The notes under the pieces were generated by a model. That model saw nothing but the letters and a program-made list of their open reading frames with translations. It searched no databases and was not told the origin of the DNA. A stretch of 64,000 nt of DNA from Azolla caroliniana. Taxonomy: Eukaryota; Plantae; Polypodiophyta. The stretch's first letter is position 1. Every line of letters begins with the position of its first letter. Location of the stretch: positions 21,514,001 through 21,578,000 of the forward strand of contig JBHGNT010000003.1 of the NCBI GenBank assembly GCA_043228905.1. The letters are read 5' to 3'. Of this stretch, positions 1 through 11,312 are shown piece after piece. The translations under genes were made by a program, and so were the position numbers.

Positions 1-307
1 CGTTAAGGTCTTCTCCAGCTACCTTCCTCAGCATCCCCAAGGTGTCGTCGAAGGAGACCGCCTCCACGGCTCCGCTGATTTCCTCGTCCGGGCCGAGAAC
101 TCCGCACGCTCGAAGTCGCTCTTCCACCCTTGCCTTCTCTCGGCCAACGATGCCAACTATCATACACCCTCCGTCGTTGGAGAAGCAAAATTTTCTACCT
201 ATCGTACAAGGATTCTTCGGTTTCGGTTCTATCGTACAGCTGTGGGGTCTTTCTCGAGTGTCCGGACAGTCTCGGCCCCACGCCTTGGCAGCCCTCTCTA
301 AAAATCC
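1..307 (-). pseudogene. N-terminal part of the pol (pre-RT) frame of element A, in the -1 frame relative to gag-PR
   Basis: Manual translation GFLERAAKAWGR...DEEISGAVEAVSFDDTL matches the start of ORF 13422-14843 in element B. Confidence 0.85.
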
Positions 308-2424
308 TCCCGGTTCTCGCCACCGAGGGACTCGCGGTTTCGCTCGTGGTTCGGCCGCACCGTGAGAAATTGGACTGAATGGCGCCCGTCCTGGCTTTTG
401 ACCCTCGCATAGGCCAAACCGTTGTCTAGTACTTTGGTCTCCATTCTCGCCGCCGTGATGTATGGTTCCCCTAATATGACCGGATGCGAGGACGTCTCCT
501 GCACGAAGAAGTGTTGGTCAATCTCGACGTCGTCGATCTTGACTCACACATTTGGGCAGGCCCCGTGCAGTTCCTTGGTGGCGCGCGTCGCCGCCCGTAT
601 CTTCCACCCGTGCTTGGTGTTGATCGGCCATTTTCCCTTCTTATAGAAGTCCATGGACATCAGGTTTATTTCCGAACCGTGGTCCACCAGTGCCATCACC
701 GGTTCCTGAACATCTTTGATCTTTACCGGGGTCTCCGTGGTCGCTCGGGCCCAGTGTGGCCTCGAATAGTGGCTCTCCGCCCACTCGTCTTCCAGCGACA
801 AATCGTCGATGTGTGTCGTCCGCACCTCCACCGGTCTTTCCGGTTCTGTCTCCGTCGACAGCCTCTTCCGTTTCACTAAGTCTACAATGGAGTCGTGGAA
901 CTCTTTCTTGGCGATCCCTAGCACCTCCCGCAACGACAACTCCACTTTGTTGTCGAGGATCCGTTCTTCTAGGACCTTTCGTAGGTCTGTGGTTCTTTCT
1001 ATTTCCGTCCCCTAGTCGATATCCGCCCTTCCTGGGGTTATCTTGCGAGCTGGACCCACCGGCATCGTTCCGTCGTTGCCCGAATCGGGTCTCGTACCGT
1101 TGCGAGGGCCCGGCCGCTCCGGCTTTCCCCACTCGTTTGTCTTCTACCAGAGCCTCGTAGTTCCGGCAGGCGACTTCTACGAAGCCCGTTTTCTCCTCGA
1201 CCGGGTCGCTCCACCCGGTACTTCCCGGACCCGTCTCTCAGCGCGGTCTGCTTCATCTTTCCTCAACCGTGCGCTGGCGAGGCCTTCCAGCATTGCCGAC
1301 CAGAATCCGTCTTTGCTCTCCTTTCGGGCCTCGCTGCCCCCGACCCGAATGCCGGCCGACGCCGAGTAGTGGATGGCCTCCACGTGTCGGGCCGCTGCCT
1401 CTTCCATCAGACTCTTCATACCTCCTCGCCCGTCGTTTTGGTTTAGGGCCCTCTTGGTGTCACCGGCGTGCACTCGGCCTTCCCACAGGTACACCACCCG
1501 GTTCCTCAACGCCTCTGCGAAATCGCCGCAGTCCTTCCGAATGTGGCCGACCTCGTCGCACCACATGCACCTGTTCCCTGCTGCCGGCCGTCAGTCACAA
1601 GCCGGTTCGTCGCCTTCCCTTCAAGTCTGGGCAATCTGGAGATCCTTTATCGCCCGCGTCAACTCCTCCAGCGCCGCTCCTCCAGACGAGCCATTGACCA
1701 TGCCGGTTGAAGCTGAACCGGTTTCGAGCCATTCCCGGGCCTCTTCCCTTCGCCCTTGCGGTGCCGGTTCAAGCCTCCTTGCTGTGACAGAGCCTACATC
1801 GGCCGCCCCGTCATCAGCCCATTCTCGTCGTTTGTCGAAACGGCCACAAACTCTCTTAACCGCAGCCCAGTCGGTCGTCAGCCCGTCTTCGGTTTCCAGC
1901 AAGGAGCTGACCTGATCCCGGTCCCGCTCATTCACCGACTTCACGAGCAGTAGGACCCGGCTCGTATCCAGAATGGTTCGGTCAAGCGCCGAAAGGCGCG
2001 CAAAGCGTTCTTCAAACTCCCGGAGGAGTGCCGACGCATTTCTTCCCTTGCCGGGGGACTCCACCCACTCCATGAAGTCCCGTTTCGAAAGCTGGCGCGT
2101 GTCGTCCAACCCGTATTTTTCTAGGAGTCGACCTTCAAACTCCTCCCAGGTACGGCTCTCCGCCCGCACCTCGAGCACCTCTGCATGGATGCTCGGCATC
2201 GCCACTCGAGGGAACCCGGCAAGACGCCTCTCTTCCGGAATGTCCTACATCAGCATTTCTGCCCCGTAGGACGCCAAATACTTCGTGGCATCCTTTCCGC
2301 TGAACCGGCCGATTGTACCGACGACCGCCTCAATGGCTCTGTCGAGGGCGCCGGTGCCCTCGCGTGCACTCAATATCCGATCCACGGTCGAAGCCATGGC
2401 CTCCGCAAGATCCGACCCCTTCAT
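298..2424 (-). pseudogene. Disrupted gag-protease ORF of element A
   Basis: ORF pieces 2245-2451, 1621-2205, 1177-1566 (CCHC knuckle CMWCDEVGHIRKDC), 544-945 (protease ALVDHGSEINLM) and 298-504 ending EDF*; internal stops and frameshifts. Confidence 0.88.
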
Positions 2425-2447
2425 CTTCTGCTCTTCTGCCGCCTCCT

Positions 2448-2464
2448 TCACGTCGGGTTCACCA
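2448..2464 (-). promoter_or_regulatory. Primer binding site complementary to the 3' end of tRNA-Trp
   Basis: TGGTGAACCCGACGTGA on minus, 3 nt from the LTR end; complement of the plant tRNA-Trp 3' end ...TCACGTCGGGTTCACCA (recalled). Confidence 0.85.
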
Positions 2465-2467
2465 AGA

Positions 2468-3123
2468 TGTCAAGGTATTCCTCGCGGATGCGTGGAATGG
2501 GGCGGGACCTCGGGGGTCTTGTACCGAAGAGCAAGAGAGAAAGGAGAAGGGAGGGGACCCACTACGTGTGAGCGTAGATTCACAGGGACACGGTCCTTCG
2601 ATACAAAGACGCGAGTGGGACACAGACACCGAGGGACACGAATGTATGTAAATATATATATATTAACAAACAACAACAAGAAGCACGAGGTCGGTTACAA
2701 CCGAACAGGCCGGCGAACAGATGCTGATGCCTGTTCGTAAATGCACAGAAAGGAAAGAGTAGGTTGGGGGTGCTGCCGGAAGCACTCGGGCATTCCTCAG
2801 AGCAGCGCGAGCCTCCCGAAACCTGCACAGCAAGAAGCTACGGAGTTTGCGAGCCAGAGAGAGAGAGAAGCCTTCGCCCACAAACCGACAGCACTTCGTC
2901 CTCGACTCTCCGCGATGGTCCCCTCCCCCCTTCTCATCTCCCTCCTTTTATAGGCAAGGAAGGAGCCGTTTCCCATTAACTTCCTACCCACTAAATCTAC
3001 CTACCTAGGATCTTCTATGTACCTAATTCTCTCTTATGTACAACATAAGGCGTACGTGCATGAAGAGCCGGTTCCTACGCCCCGGTGCACCAATTCCACT
3101 TGTGGACGGTTTTCTTCACGACA
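2468..3123 (-). repeat. 5' LTR of element A
   Basis: TG...CA termini, TATA-like CCTATAAAAGG on minus near 2943-2953, family U5 motif near 2500-2522, adjacent PBS. Confidence 0.88.
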
Positions 3124-4250
3124 CCGTGTGTACGTGTCAGATCGGCGGGACCACAGAGGGTTTGGACTAGGGTGTCAGGGCGAGAGAGAGAGAGAGAGAG
3201 AGAGAGACTCCCAAGCTCACAATGGTTGTCTAGCCTGGTCACCAGAGGCCAAATACTGAGCATACAGGCTCATGGAACTGTATCTGATTTGGCACTTGTA
3301 ACGGGTACTGGAGGTGGAGCAGACAGGACCTGAATCACAAAAGATAACGCAGAACAAGAGAAAACAGAACGACATGCTCCTGAACACCGCAGTCTAGATG
3401 CAAATACCGCCTCAGCTCAGAGAGAGTGAATTGGCGGGACCACGAAGGTCCTTAACTAGAGAGAGGGAGAGAGGGAGAGAGGGAGAGAGGGAGAGAGAGA
3501 AAGAGAGAGAAAGAGAGGGAGGGAGAGAGAGAGAGAGAGAGATTGCCAAGCTCACAGTGGATGTTCGGCCTGGTCACCAGAGGCCGGATACTGAGCACAC
3601 GGGCTCAAGGAACCGTATCTGATCAGGCACTAGTAATGGGTATCGGAGGTGGAGCACACAAGCTCCGAATCAAAAAAGATAACGCAAAACAAGAGAAAAC
3701 AAAACGACACACTTCCAAACACCATAATCAAGATATGAATACCGGCCCAACTCAAAGAGCGTGAAACAAAGATCACAGGAACAGCACCCAAATACAACAA
3801 CACCAAATAATCATTAAAACAAAGTAAAGAATGGCCTCAGGCCAGGAAGTAGAGCTTCAAGCTCGACAAAACACACCGACTGATGAGCCTCTAGTCGGGA
3901 GCACACAAGCTTCCTACGCGAGCAAAGACCTCACCTTCCCTCACTGAATGCATAGAGCAGAAAACCGAAACACTCCACACCCAAATCGACAGCACCTTCC
4001 CCTCCAAAACAGTGGATCCCAAAACCATTTCGATCCTCTTGTTTTATAGCACAAGGAGGGGCCATTACATCAGCACTAAACGCGTCTGTTTCTACCAGTG
4101 ATTCTCCTCAATTTCCTACAATCATATGCTATTATTCCCCTCTTTATGGGATCTTAAAAGTACCTAATAAATATGCTTGTCTTGTACTTATTAAAATCTT
4201 ATTTTTACTTTGTTTGTACATATGACCAAATTCATGTGCATACTTGTACA
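3124..4250 (-). repeat. 3' LTR of an older host gypsy element (H0); its end is interrupted by element A
   Basis: Begins TGTACAAG on minus directly after the family PPT/hairpin block (4251-4287); TATA-like near 4042-4050; U5 motif at 3143-3168; internal duplication ~3140-3420 vs ~3430-3760. Confidence 0.75.
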
Positions 4251-5100
4251 TCCCCACCAAACTGCACATCCTGCGGCATGTGCCAAGTAGCGAAGAAGTG
4301 GAGATTTCGGTGTCGTGATGTGGCGTGCTCGAGAGTGAGAAAAACCGGTGAAAGGGGGGGGGCAAAATGTGCATGTGCAATGTGTGTGCACACAAAGGCG
4401 ATTAATTGTGCATATGCAAAATAAAAGGGAAAAGAAAGGGTGGAAAGGATGCATAGAAACCCGTGTAAAACGTAAGAGAGAGAAGAGGTAAAAAGTAGAG
4501 GGGAGACAGGCTAAGAATTTATAGAGATAGATATTATATAAGAGAGAGTTAATGGGCTAGTAGATAGTCACATTGACTTCTAGCTAGAGGTGCACAGTTC
4601 AAATCTAGTCTTATAGTGCAGCGTGATTTAAAGAATTTTATTCCTTTTTGCATTAAAGACGAAATTGGCGACCCCCCTTCCTTTTTTTCCTATAAAAGGA
4701 GGTTGAGGGGGGCTCATTCGGGAGGATGTTTTGGGAGGAGGAGACTATCGCCATTTTTCCTTCGCAGCTCTTCATCTTCTTATTCACCACTTCTCTTTAT
4801 CTCATACCCCTTCATCCCCCCATCGCCACGTGCTCGTCTTCTTCACGTCGGCACTCGAAGTGCTCGTGATCCCAAGCTTCGTTGGTTCGATGTTGCTCTG
4901 CCTCGTTCGTCGTTGCAAGCTCGTGTGCTCGCCCGCCGTTCAGGTGGTCGTGGTTTGTTGGGATTGGCATTTTGGTGGTGCTCTTGTCTCTAAGGGCATT
5001 TAGTATTTATGTTTTGATTGAGCTTATGGTTAACTATAAGTTTCCACTGTAATCAAACCCTATTTTATAAAGGGTGCTCTTGCGTTAGAATCAAACATGT

Positions 5101-5710
5101 TGTCATGAAGATTTCCGGCTATAGTGTGAAACCGAGGTGGAATAGGCAAGTCGGGGGTGTGCAACATGTGCACATGTATAGTAGGAAACGGTGTATAGTA
5201 TAATGGGGAGTATTTATCCCACATTGTAACGCATCCCTTTCCTTGTTCTATAAAAGGAAGGGAGCGCCTCATGTTGAGGGGTTGCCCATTTTGAGTTAGG
5301 AGGGTTTACCGTTAGATTTAGGGCTAGGCAGTTTCTCTTATTCTTGTTTCGTTCTAGGGTTTTCATCTTGGTTGTTTTCTTCTTCTTCTTCTTCCTCGTC
5401 GTGAGGGTTGAGAGTTCGTATCTATTTAGGGTTTGCTTCTGCTCAGTCTCCTATGCAAGACCCTGCTCGGCGCGACGAGCCCGAGAGCTCCCCGATCGGC
5501 GACTTGGCAGTAGACTACCATTGTAACCTACCCTACCTTGGTCCAGCTCGAAGTCGGGGTTGTATTCTTTCCCTTGTAATATACATACTCATATCTGTTT
5601 GTGCATATTGGTGTATTTGGTGGTGGCGGGAGCACAACCCCTTGTTTCCTATGCATAAGAGTCGGTGTTGCGTGCATGTTCTCTCTCTCTCTTCTCTCTC
5701 TTCTCTCTCT

Positions 5711-5751
<41 letters not shown>

Positions 5752-8444
5752 TTTCCGTTTCTCGGCATCCCTTCCTCCCTCGTCCGAGATCCCCGTGGTC
5801 CCGCCCTTCTATATGCACGCGCTTAATAACGCGACATTATTGGTGAACCCGATGTGAAAGGCGGCAAGGGAGAATGGAGTTGGAAGAAGACGACTTTGCA
5901 CAACTTTTTGTCGAAGCAGTGAGGGAGTTTGGACGAGCAACAACAAGGAGAGAGACGGCGCATCAAGCTATTGAGCGAGTGGCCGAAAGAATCGACATAA
6001 GACTGGAGAGATGGAAGGCGCAAGCAAGGAATCCTAGCACGATGCCAGCGAAGATGGATGGGAAACGGCCTACGAGAAGGTCGAGGACGGAACCGCAGCA
6101 GAGAAGGAGGGAATGAGAGCCGGCGCTGAGGGGAGCGGAATCGGAGGTCGAACCGACCGGGGATCGAACTGGTCGGTATCCCGATTTGGGTGGAGCACGA
6201 TCCGGACGTGGATCGTGCGACTAGGGCAAGGTTCGGCATGAAGGTGCCGACACGGAAGAGGGTGAGGGACGAGCCGCCCTCTTTTACATGGGGAGAAAGA
6301 CTGGTTGGGCGAAGGTCGGGAATCGGGAAGAAGATGATCGAGGGTACAGAATGAGTCCGGTAGGATCGGCATCAGAGCCGAAACTCCGGACATTGGAGAA
6401 TCAAGCCCAGGCGGGGCTTGATCGATCATAAAGCGGATGTTATCCACCGACACCACCAAAAGGGTCGGTGGCCTGGGACGAGTCTCCGGAAGACATTACG
6501 AAATCGGTTACCCCACATCTTGTCCGAAGACTTTGGCAGTTCAAGCCGACATGGCAGCGTGAGGCCGAAAGAGAAGGGAGATGATGGGGAAGCGCAAGAA
6601 GGGGGAACAACGGTGACGGAGAGAAACGAAAGAGGTGGTTGACTGAAGTATGTGTCCTCCACACTCATTCCCAAGACTTAGGTGGTTGCATCCGAGAACC
6701 AACAGAAGACCTAAGAGACGGAAAGTGGCGGCGAGGACACGAAGGTCACGGCCAATACAACTGATCCGGGAAGAGGAGGAACGAAGACCGGTCCTATGGG
6801 TCACCTCACACCGGGCTAGAGACTTCGGCAGTTGGCATCGGGTTCGACGTAAGACCAAGATACTGACGGTGGCAGTGGGAGAACGGGACCCGGCAATGCT
6901 GAGTGACGGTCGAACCCGGACGAGAACCGGGCGGAGCGGACTTCCGGATAACTGATCCGGAAGAGGGGAGAGAGCAGGCCTATGAAGAGGTCGAGAACAC
7001 GGTACGACGATGCCACGGAAGAGGGTGTGGAGTGAGCCACCCTCTCGACTTACGGACAAAGATGACCCGAGATAAGGGTAAAAGATACGACGAGCCCAAG
7101 GAGGATACTTCACACCGGATCTAGAGACTTCGGTAGTCGGCAGTCGAGCCGACGCAAGACCAAGAGACTGACGGTGGCGGCAAGGGGACGAGGGCAAAGG
7201 CAGCGATGGGGTGTTCCCTATGGGATCCTCACATCGATCCGGAAACACTGGCAGTTCAAGCCGACATGGCAATGTGAGACCGAGTGAGAAGGATGGTGGC
7301 GGCAGGAAACGGGAATCGGCGATGCAGGGAAGAGAAGGATGGGGCATTCCTATGGGATCCTCACACCGATCCGGAGACACTGGACTGGCAGTTCAAGCCG
7401 ACATGGCAACGTGAGACCAAGTCGGAATGATGGTGGCGGTAGGCAATAGGAACCGATAATGCAGGAAGAGCGGATCGGGAGCCGGCAAGTCCAGAGTTAA
7501 TGAGGGTCGAACCCTTACCAACCGGTTACGGCTTCGGAAGGAAGCCGGTGAGGGGTAAGCATGGAGGGGAGCAAGAGACGTGCGAATGGCCATCGAGGGC
7601 CGAAAGGGCCATTGAGGGGTAAGGAGCCGGCGAGACGATCGGGTTCCGATAAGGCAGAGGACCCGGTTAATCACCGTAGCCGAAATCTCTCACCCTTTTC
7701 CCTTCTTGGCACATACCGGTGGATGTGCGGTTTGGTGGGGGTGGATGTCGTGAAAATTTCCGGCTATAGTGTGAAACCGGGGTGGAACGGGCAAGTCGGG
7801 GGTGTGCAACATGTGCACATGTATAGTAGGAAACGGTGTATAGTATAATGGGGAGTATTTATCCCACATTGTAACGCATCCCTTTCCTTGTTCTATAAAA
7901 GGAAGGGAGCGCCTCATGTTGAAAGGTTGCCCATTTTGAGTTAGGAGGGTATACCGTTAGATTTAGGGTTAGGTAGTTTCTCTTATTCTTGCTTCGTTCT
8001 AGGGTTTTCATCTTGATTGTTTTCTTCTTCTTCTTCTTCCTCGTCGTGAGGGTTGAGAGTTCGTGTCTATTTAGGGTTTGCTTCTACTCGGTCTCCTGTG
8101 CAAGACCCCGCTCGGCGCGACGAGCCTGAGAGCTCCCCTATCAGCGGCTTGGCGGCAGACTGCCATTGTAACCTACCCTACCTTAGTCTGGCTCGAAGCC
8201 GGGGTTGTATTCTTTCCCTTGTAATATACATACTCATATTTGTTTGTGCATATTGGTGTATTTGGTCGTGTCGGGAGCAGAGCCCCTTGTTTCTTGTGCA
8301 TAAGAGTCGGTGTCACGCGCATGCTCTCTCTCTCTTTTCTCTCTCTTTTCTCTCTCATGTTTTGCTTTCTCAGCATCCCTTCCTCCCTCGTCCGAGACCC
8401 CCGTGGTCCCACCCTTCTACACTCACGCACGTAATAACGCGACA
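5101..8444 (+). mobile_element. Non-autonomous LTR element C (no pol), nested in the 5' LTR of B
   Basis: LTRs 5101-5836 and 7746-8444; PBS TGGTGAACCCGATGTGA 5841-5857; PPT 7729-7745; exact 4-bp TSD ATGT; ~1.9 kb internal region with only a Gag-like N-terminus. Confidence 0.93.
5874..6116 (+). CDS. Short Gag N-terminus-like ORF of element C (80 aa)
   Basis: ATG 17 nt after the PBS; MELEEDDFAQLFVEAV...AHQAIERVAERID aligns by eye with ORF 46831-47856 of element F and loosely with autonomous Gag starts. Confidence 0.55.
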   Translation: MELEEDDFAQLFVEAVREFGRATTRRETAHQAIERVAERIDIRLERWKAQARNPSTMPAKMDGKRPTRRSRTEPQQRRRE

Positions 8445-8499
8445 ATGTATTTATTTCTTTGGCCGATATCATTCGTGTTGCTTTCTTTCCTTCTTTCTT

Positions 8500-10990
8500 T
8501 GTTTGTGTCTTCCTTGTACGTTCGGCCGTCTTGTGACGAGGGAGCGTTTCGGGCGTGCCCATGCACCTCTCCTCCTCATAAAGACGTACAAGCATTTGTG
8601 TCTGTGTTTGTCTTCCTTGTACGTTCGGTCGTCTTGTGATGAGGGACCATTTCGGGCTTGCCCATGCACCTCTCCTCCTCATAAAGGCGTACGAGCATTT
8701 TGTGTGTGTGTTTGTGTCTTCCTTGTACGTTCGGTCGTCTTGTGACGAGGGACCGTTTCGGGCTTGCCCATGCACCTCTCCTCTTCATAAAGACGCACGA
8801 GCATTTGTGCGTGTGTTTGTCTCTTCCTTGTATGTTCGGTCGTATTGTGACGAGGGACCGTTTCGGGCTTGCCCATGCACCTCTCCTCCTCATAAAGGCA
8901 TACGAGCATTTTGTGCGTGTGTTTATGTCTTCCTTGTACGTTCGGTCGTCTTGTGACGAGGGACCGTTTCGGGCGTGCCCATGCACCTCTCCTCCTCATA
9001 AAGGCGTATGATCATTTGTGTGTGTGTTTTGTGTCTTCCTCGTACGTTCGGTCGTCTTGTGATGAGGGACCATTTCGGGCTTGCCCATGCACCTCTCCTC
9101 CTCATAAAGGCGTACGAGCATTTTGTGTGTGTGTTTGTGTCTTCCTTGTACGTTTGGCCGTCTTGTGACGAGGGACCGTTTCGGGCTTGCCTATGCACCT
9201 CTCCTCTTCATAAAGACGTACGAGCATTTGTGCGTGTGTTTGTCTCTTCCTTGTATGTTCGGTCGTATTGTGACGAGGGACCGTTTCGGGCTTGCCCATG
9301 CACCTCTCCTCCTCATAAAGGCATACGAGCATTTTGTGCGTGTGTTTATGTCTTCCTTGTACGTTCGGTCGTCTTGTGACGAGGGACCGTTTCGGGCGTG
9401 CCCATGCACCTCTCCTCCTCATAAAAGCGTACGAGCATTTTGTGTGTGTCTTTGTGTCTTCCTTGTTCGTTCGGCCATCTTGTGACGAGGGAGTGTTTCG
9501 GGCGTGCCCATGCACCTCTCCTCCTCATAAAGACGTACGAGCATTTGTGTGTGTGTTTGTGCCATCTTGTGACGAGGGACCGTTTCGGGCTTGCCCATGC
9601 ACCTCTCCTCCTCATAAAGGCGTACGAGCATTTTGTGCGTGTGTTTGTGTCTTCCTTGTATTTTTAGTCGTCTTGTGAGGAGGGACCGTTTTGGGCTTGC
9701 CCATGCACCTCTCCTCTTCATAAAGACGTACGAGCATTTGTGCGTGTGTTCGTGTCTTCCTTGTACGTTCGGCCGTCTTGTGACGAGGGAGCGTTTCGGG
9801 CGTGCCCATGCACCTCTCCTCCTCATAAAGACGTACAAGCATTTGTGTGTATGTTTGTCTTCCTTGTACGTTCGGTCGTCTTGTGATGAGGGACCGTTTC
9901 GGGCTTGCCCAGGCACCTCTCCTCCTCATAAAGGCGTACGAGCATTTTGTGCGTGTGTTTGTGTCTTCCTTGTACGTTCGGCCGTCTTGTGACGAGGGAC
10001 CGTTTCGGGCTTGCCCATGCACCTCTCCTCTTCATAAAGACGTACGAGCATTTGTGCGTGTGTTTGTCTCTTCCTTGTATGTTCGGTCGTATTGTGACGA
10101 GGGACCGTTTCGGGCTTGCCCATGCACCTCTCCTCCTCATAAAGGCATACGAGCATTTTGTGCGTGTGTTTATGTCTTCCTTGTACGTTCGGTCGTCTTG
10201 TGACGAGGGACCGTTTCGGGCGTGCCCATGCACCTCTCCTCCTCATAAAAGCGTACGAGCATTTTGTGTGTGTCTTTGTGTCTTCCTTGTTCGTTCGGCC
10301 ATCTTGTGACGAGGGAGTGTTTCGGGCGTGCCCATGCACCTCTCCTCCTCATAAAGACGTACGAGCATTTGTGTGTGTGTTTGTGCCATCTTGTGACGAG
10401 GGACCGTTTCGGGCTTGCCCATGCACCTCTCCTCCTCATAAAGGCGTACGAGCATTTTGTGCGTGTGTTTGTGTCTTCCTTGTATTTTTAGTCGTCTTGT
10501 GAGGAGGGACCGTTTTGGGCTTGCCCATGCACCTCTCCTCTTCATAAAGACGTACGAGCATTTGTGCGTGTGTTCGTGTCTTCCTTGTACGTTCGGCCGT
10601 CTTGTGACGAGGGAGCGTTTCGGGCATGCCCATGCACCTCTCCTCCTCATAAAGGCGTACGAGCATTTTGTATGTGTGTTTGTGTCTTCCTTGTACGTTC
10701 GGTTGTCTGGTGATGAGGGAGCGTTTCAGGCGATCCCATGCACCTCTCCTCCTCATAAAGACGTACGAGCATTTGTGCGTGTGGTTGTGACTTCCTTGTA
10801 TGTTCGGTCGTCTTGTGACGAGGGAGCGTTCAGGCTTGCCCATGCACCTCTCCTCCTCATAAAGGCGTATGATCATTTGTGCGTGTGTTTTGTGTCTTCC
10901 TCGTATGTTCGACGTCTTGTGACGAGGGAGCGTTTGAGCGTGCCCATGCATCGCTTCTCGTCATAAAGATGTATAGGCATTTGTGTTTGT
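8500..10990 (+). repeat. Tandem array of ~105-bp units (24 copies) in the 5' LTR of B
   Basis: Anchor CCCATGCACCTCTCC or variants counted at 8558, 8661, 8767 ... 10943; spacing 103-106 bp with two 87-bp units. Confidence 0.97.
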
Positions 10991-11312
10991 GTTATCGTCT
11001 CCTTGTGCGTTCATCTTGCGTGCTCATCTTGCTTGTACCCGTTTGATCACTTGGCTCGTGTGGTGATCTCGAAAGGTCGATGAGTCGTGATCAACAAGAA
11101 CCACCAACCTCACAAAACAAAGGGCAATGAGCCCTTGCTCGGGAAGGGGTTGTGAAGTAGTATTTTCGTAAAGCAAACCTCGGTTGTTTGCTATCCCTTG
11201 AGTACTTCCTAATCCAAGACCCTTGTAGTCCCGCCCAAGTAACACACACGCGTGAAACTTCGCGACATAAATCGGTGAACTCGATGTGAAAGGGCGGCAA
11301 GGGAGAACCAAG

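Larger units (their letters stand above)
1..3123 (-). mobile_element. Ty3/gypsy LTR retrotransposon A, 5' half (5' LTR, PBS, gag-PR, start of pol); continues beyond window start
   Basis: LTR 2468-3123 (minus strand TGTCGTGAAG...TTGACA), tRNA-Trp PBS 2448-2464, gag/PR peptides homologous to elements B, D and I; flank CCGT at 3124-3127. Confidence 0.93.
4311..11267 (+). repeat. 5' LTR of element B (contains nested element C and a 24-unit tandem array)
   Basis: 4311-5100 and 8449-11267 are collinear with 17014-19001; TGTCGTG...CGCGACA termini; TATA CCTATAAAAGG at ~4689. Confidence 0.93.

Noticed and set aside
3880-3900. CTGATGAG hammerhead core motif
   Set aside because: No stem II followed by GAAA
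8053-10966. Many overlapping Cys/His/Arg-rich ORFs (also 17796-18698)
   Set aside because: By-products of a stop-poor ~105-bp repeat; frames shift with unit length and occur on both strands
8500-10990. CRISPR-like array
   Set aside because: No unique spacers (whole units repeat), no cas genes, eukaryotic LTR context
8500-10990. Hammerhead ribozyme (retrozyme) in each repeat unit; the minus strand has GGGCAAGCCC-GAAAC-GGTC and the plus strand has TGA(C/T)GAG
   Set aside because: The required CUGAnGA box does not precede the stem on the minus strand, and the plus strand lacks the GAAA partner; the core cannot be assembled by eye. An Infernal search would settle it.
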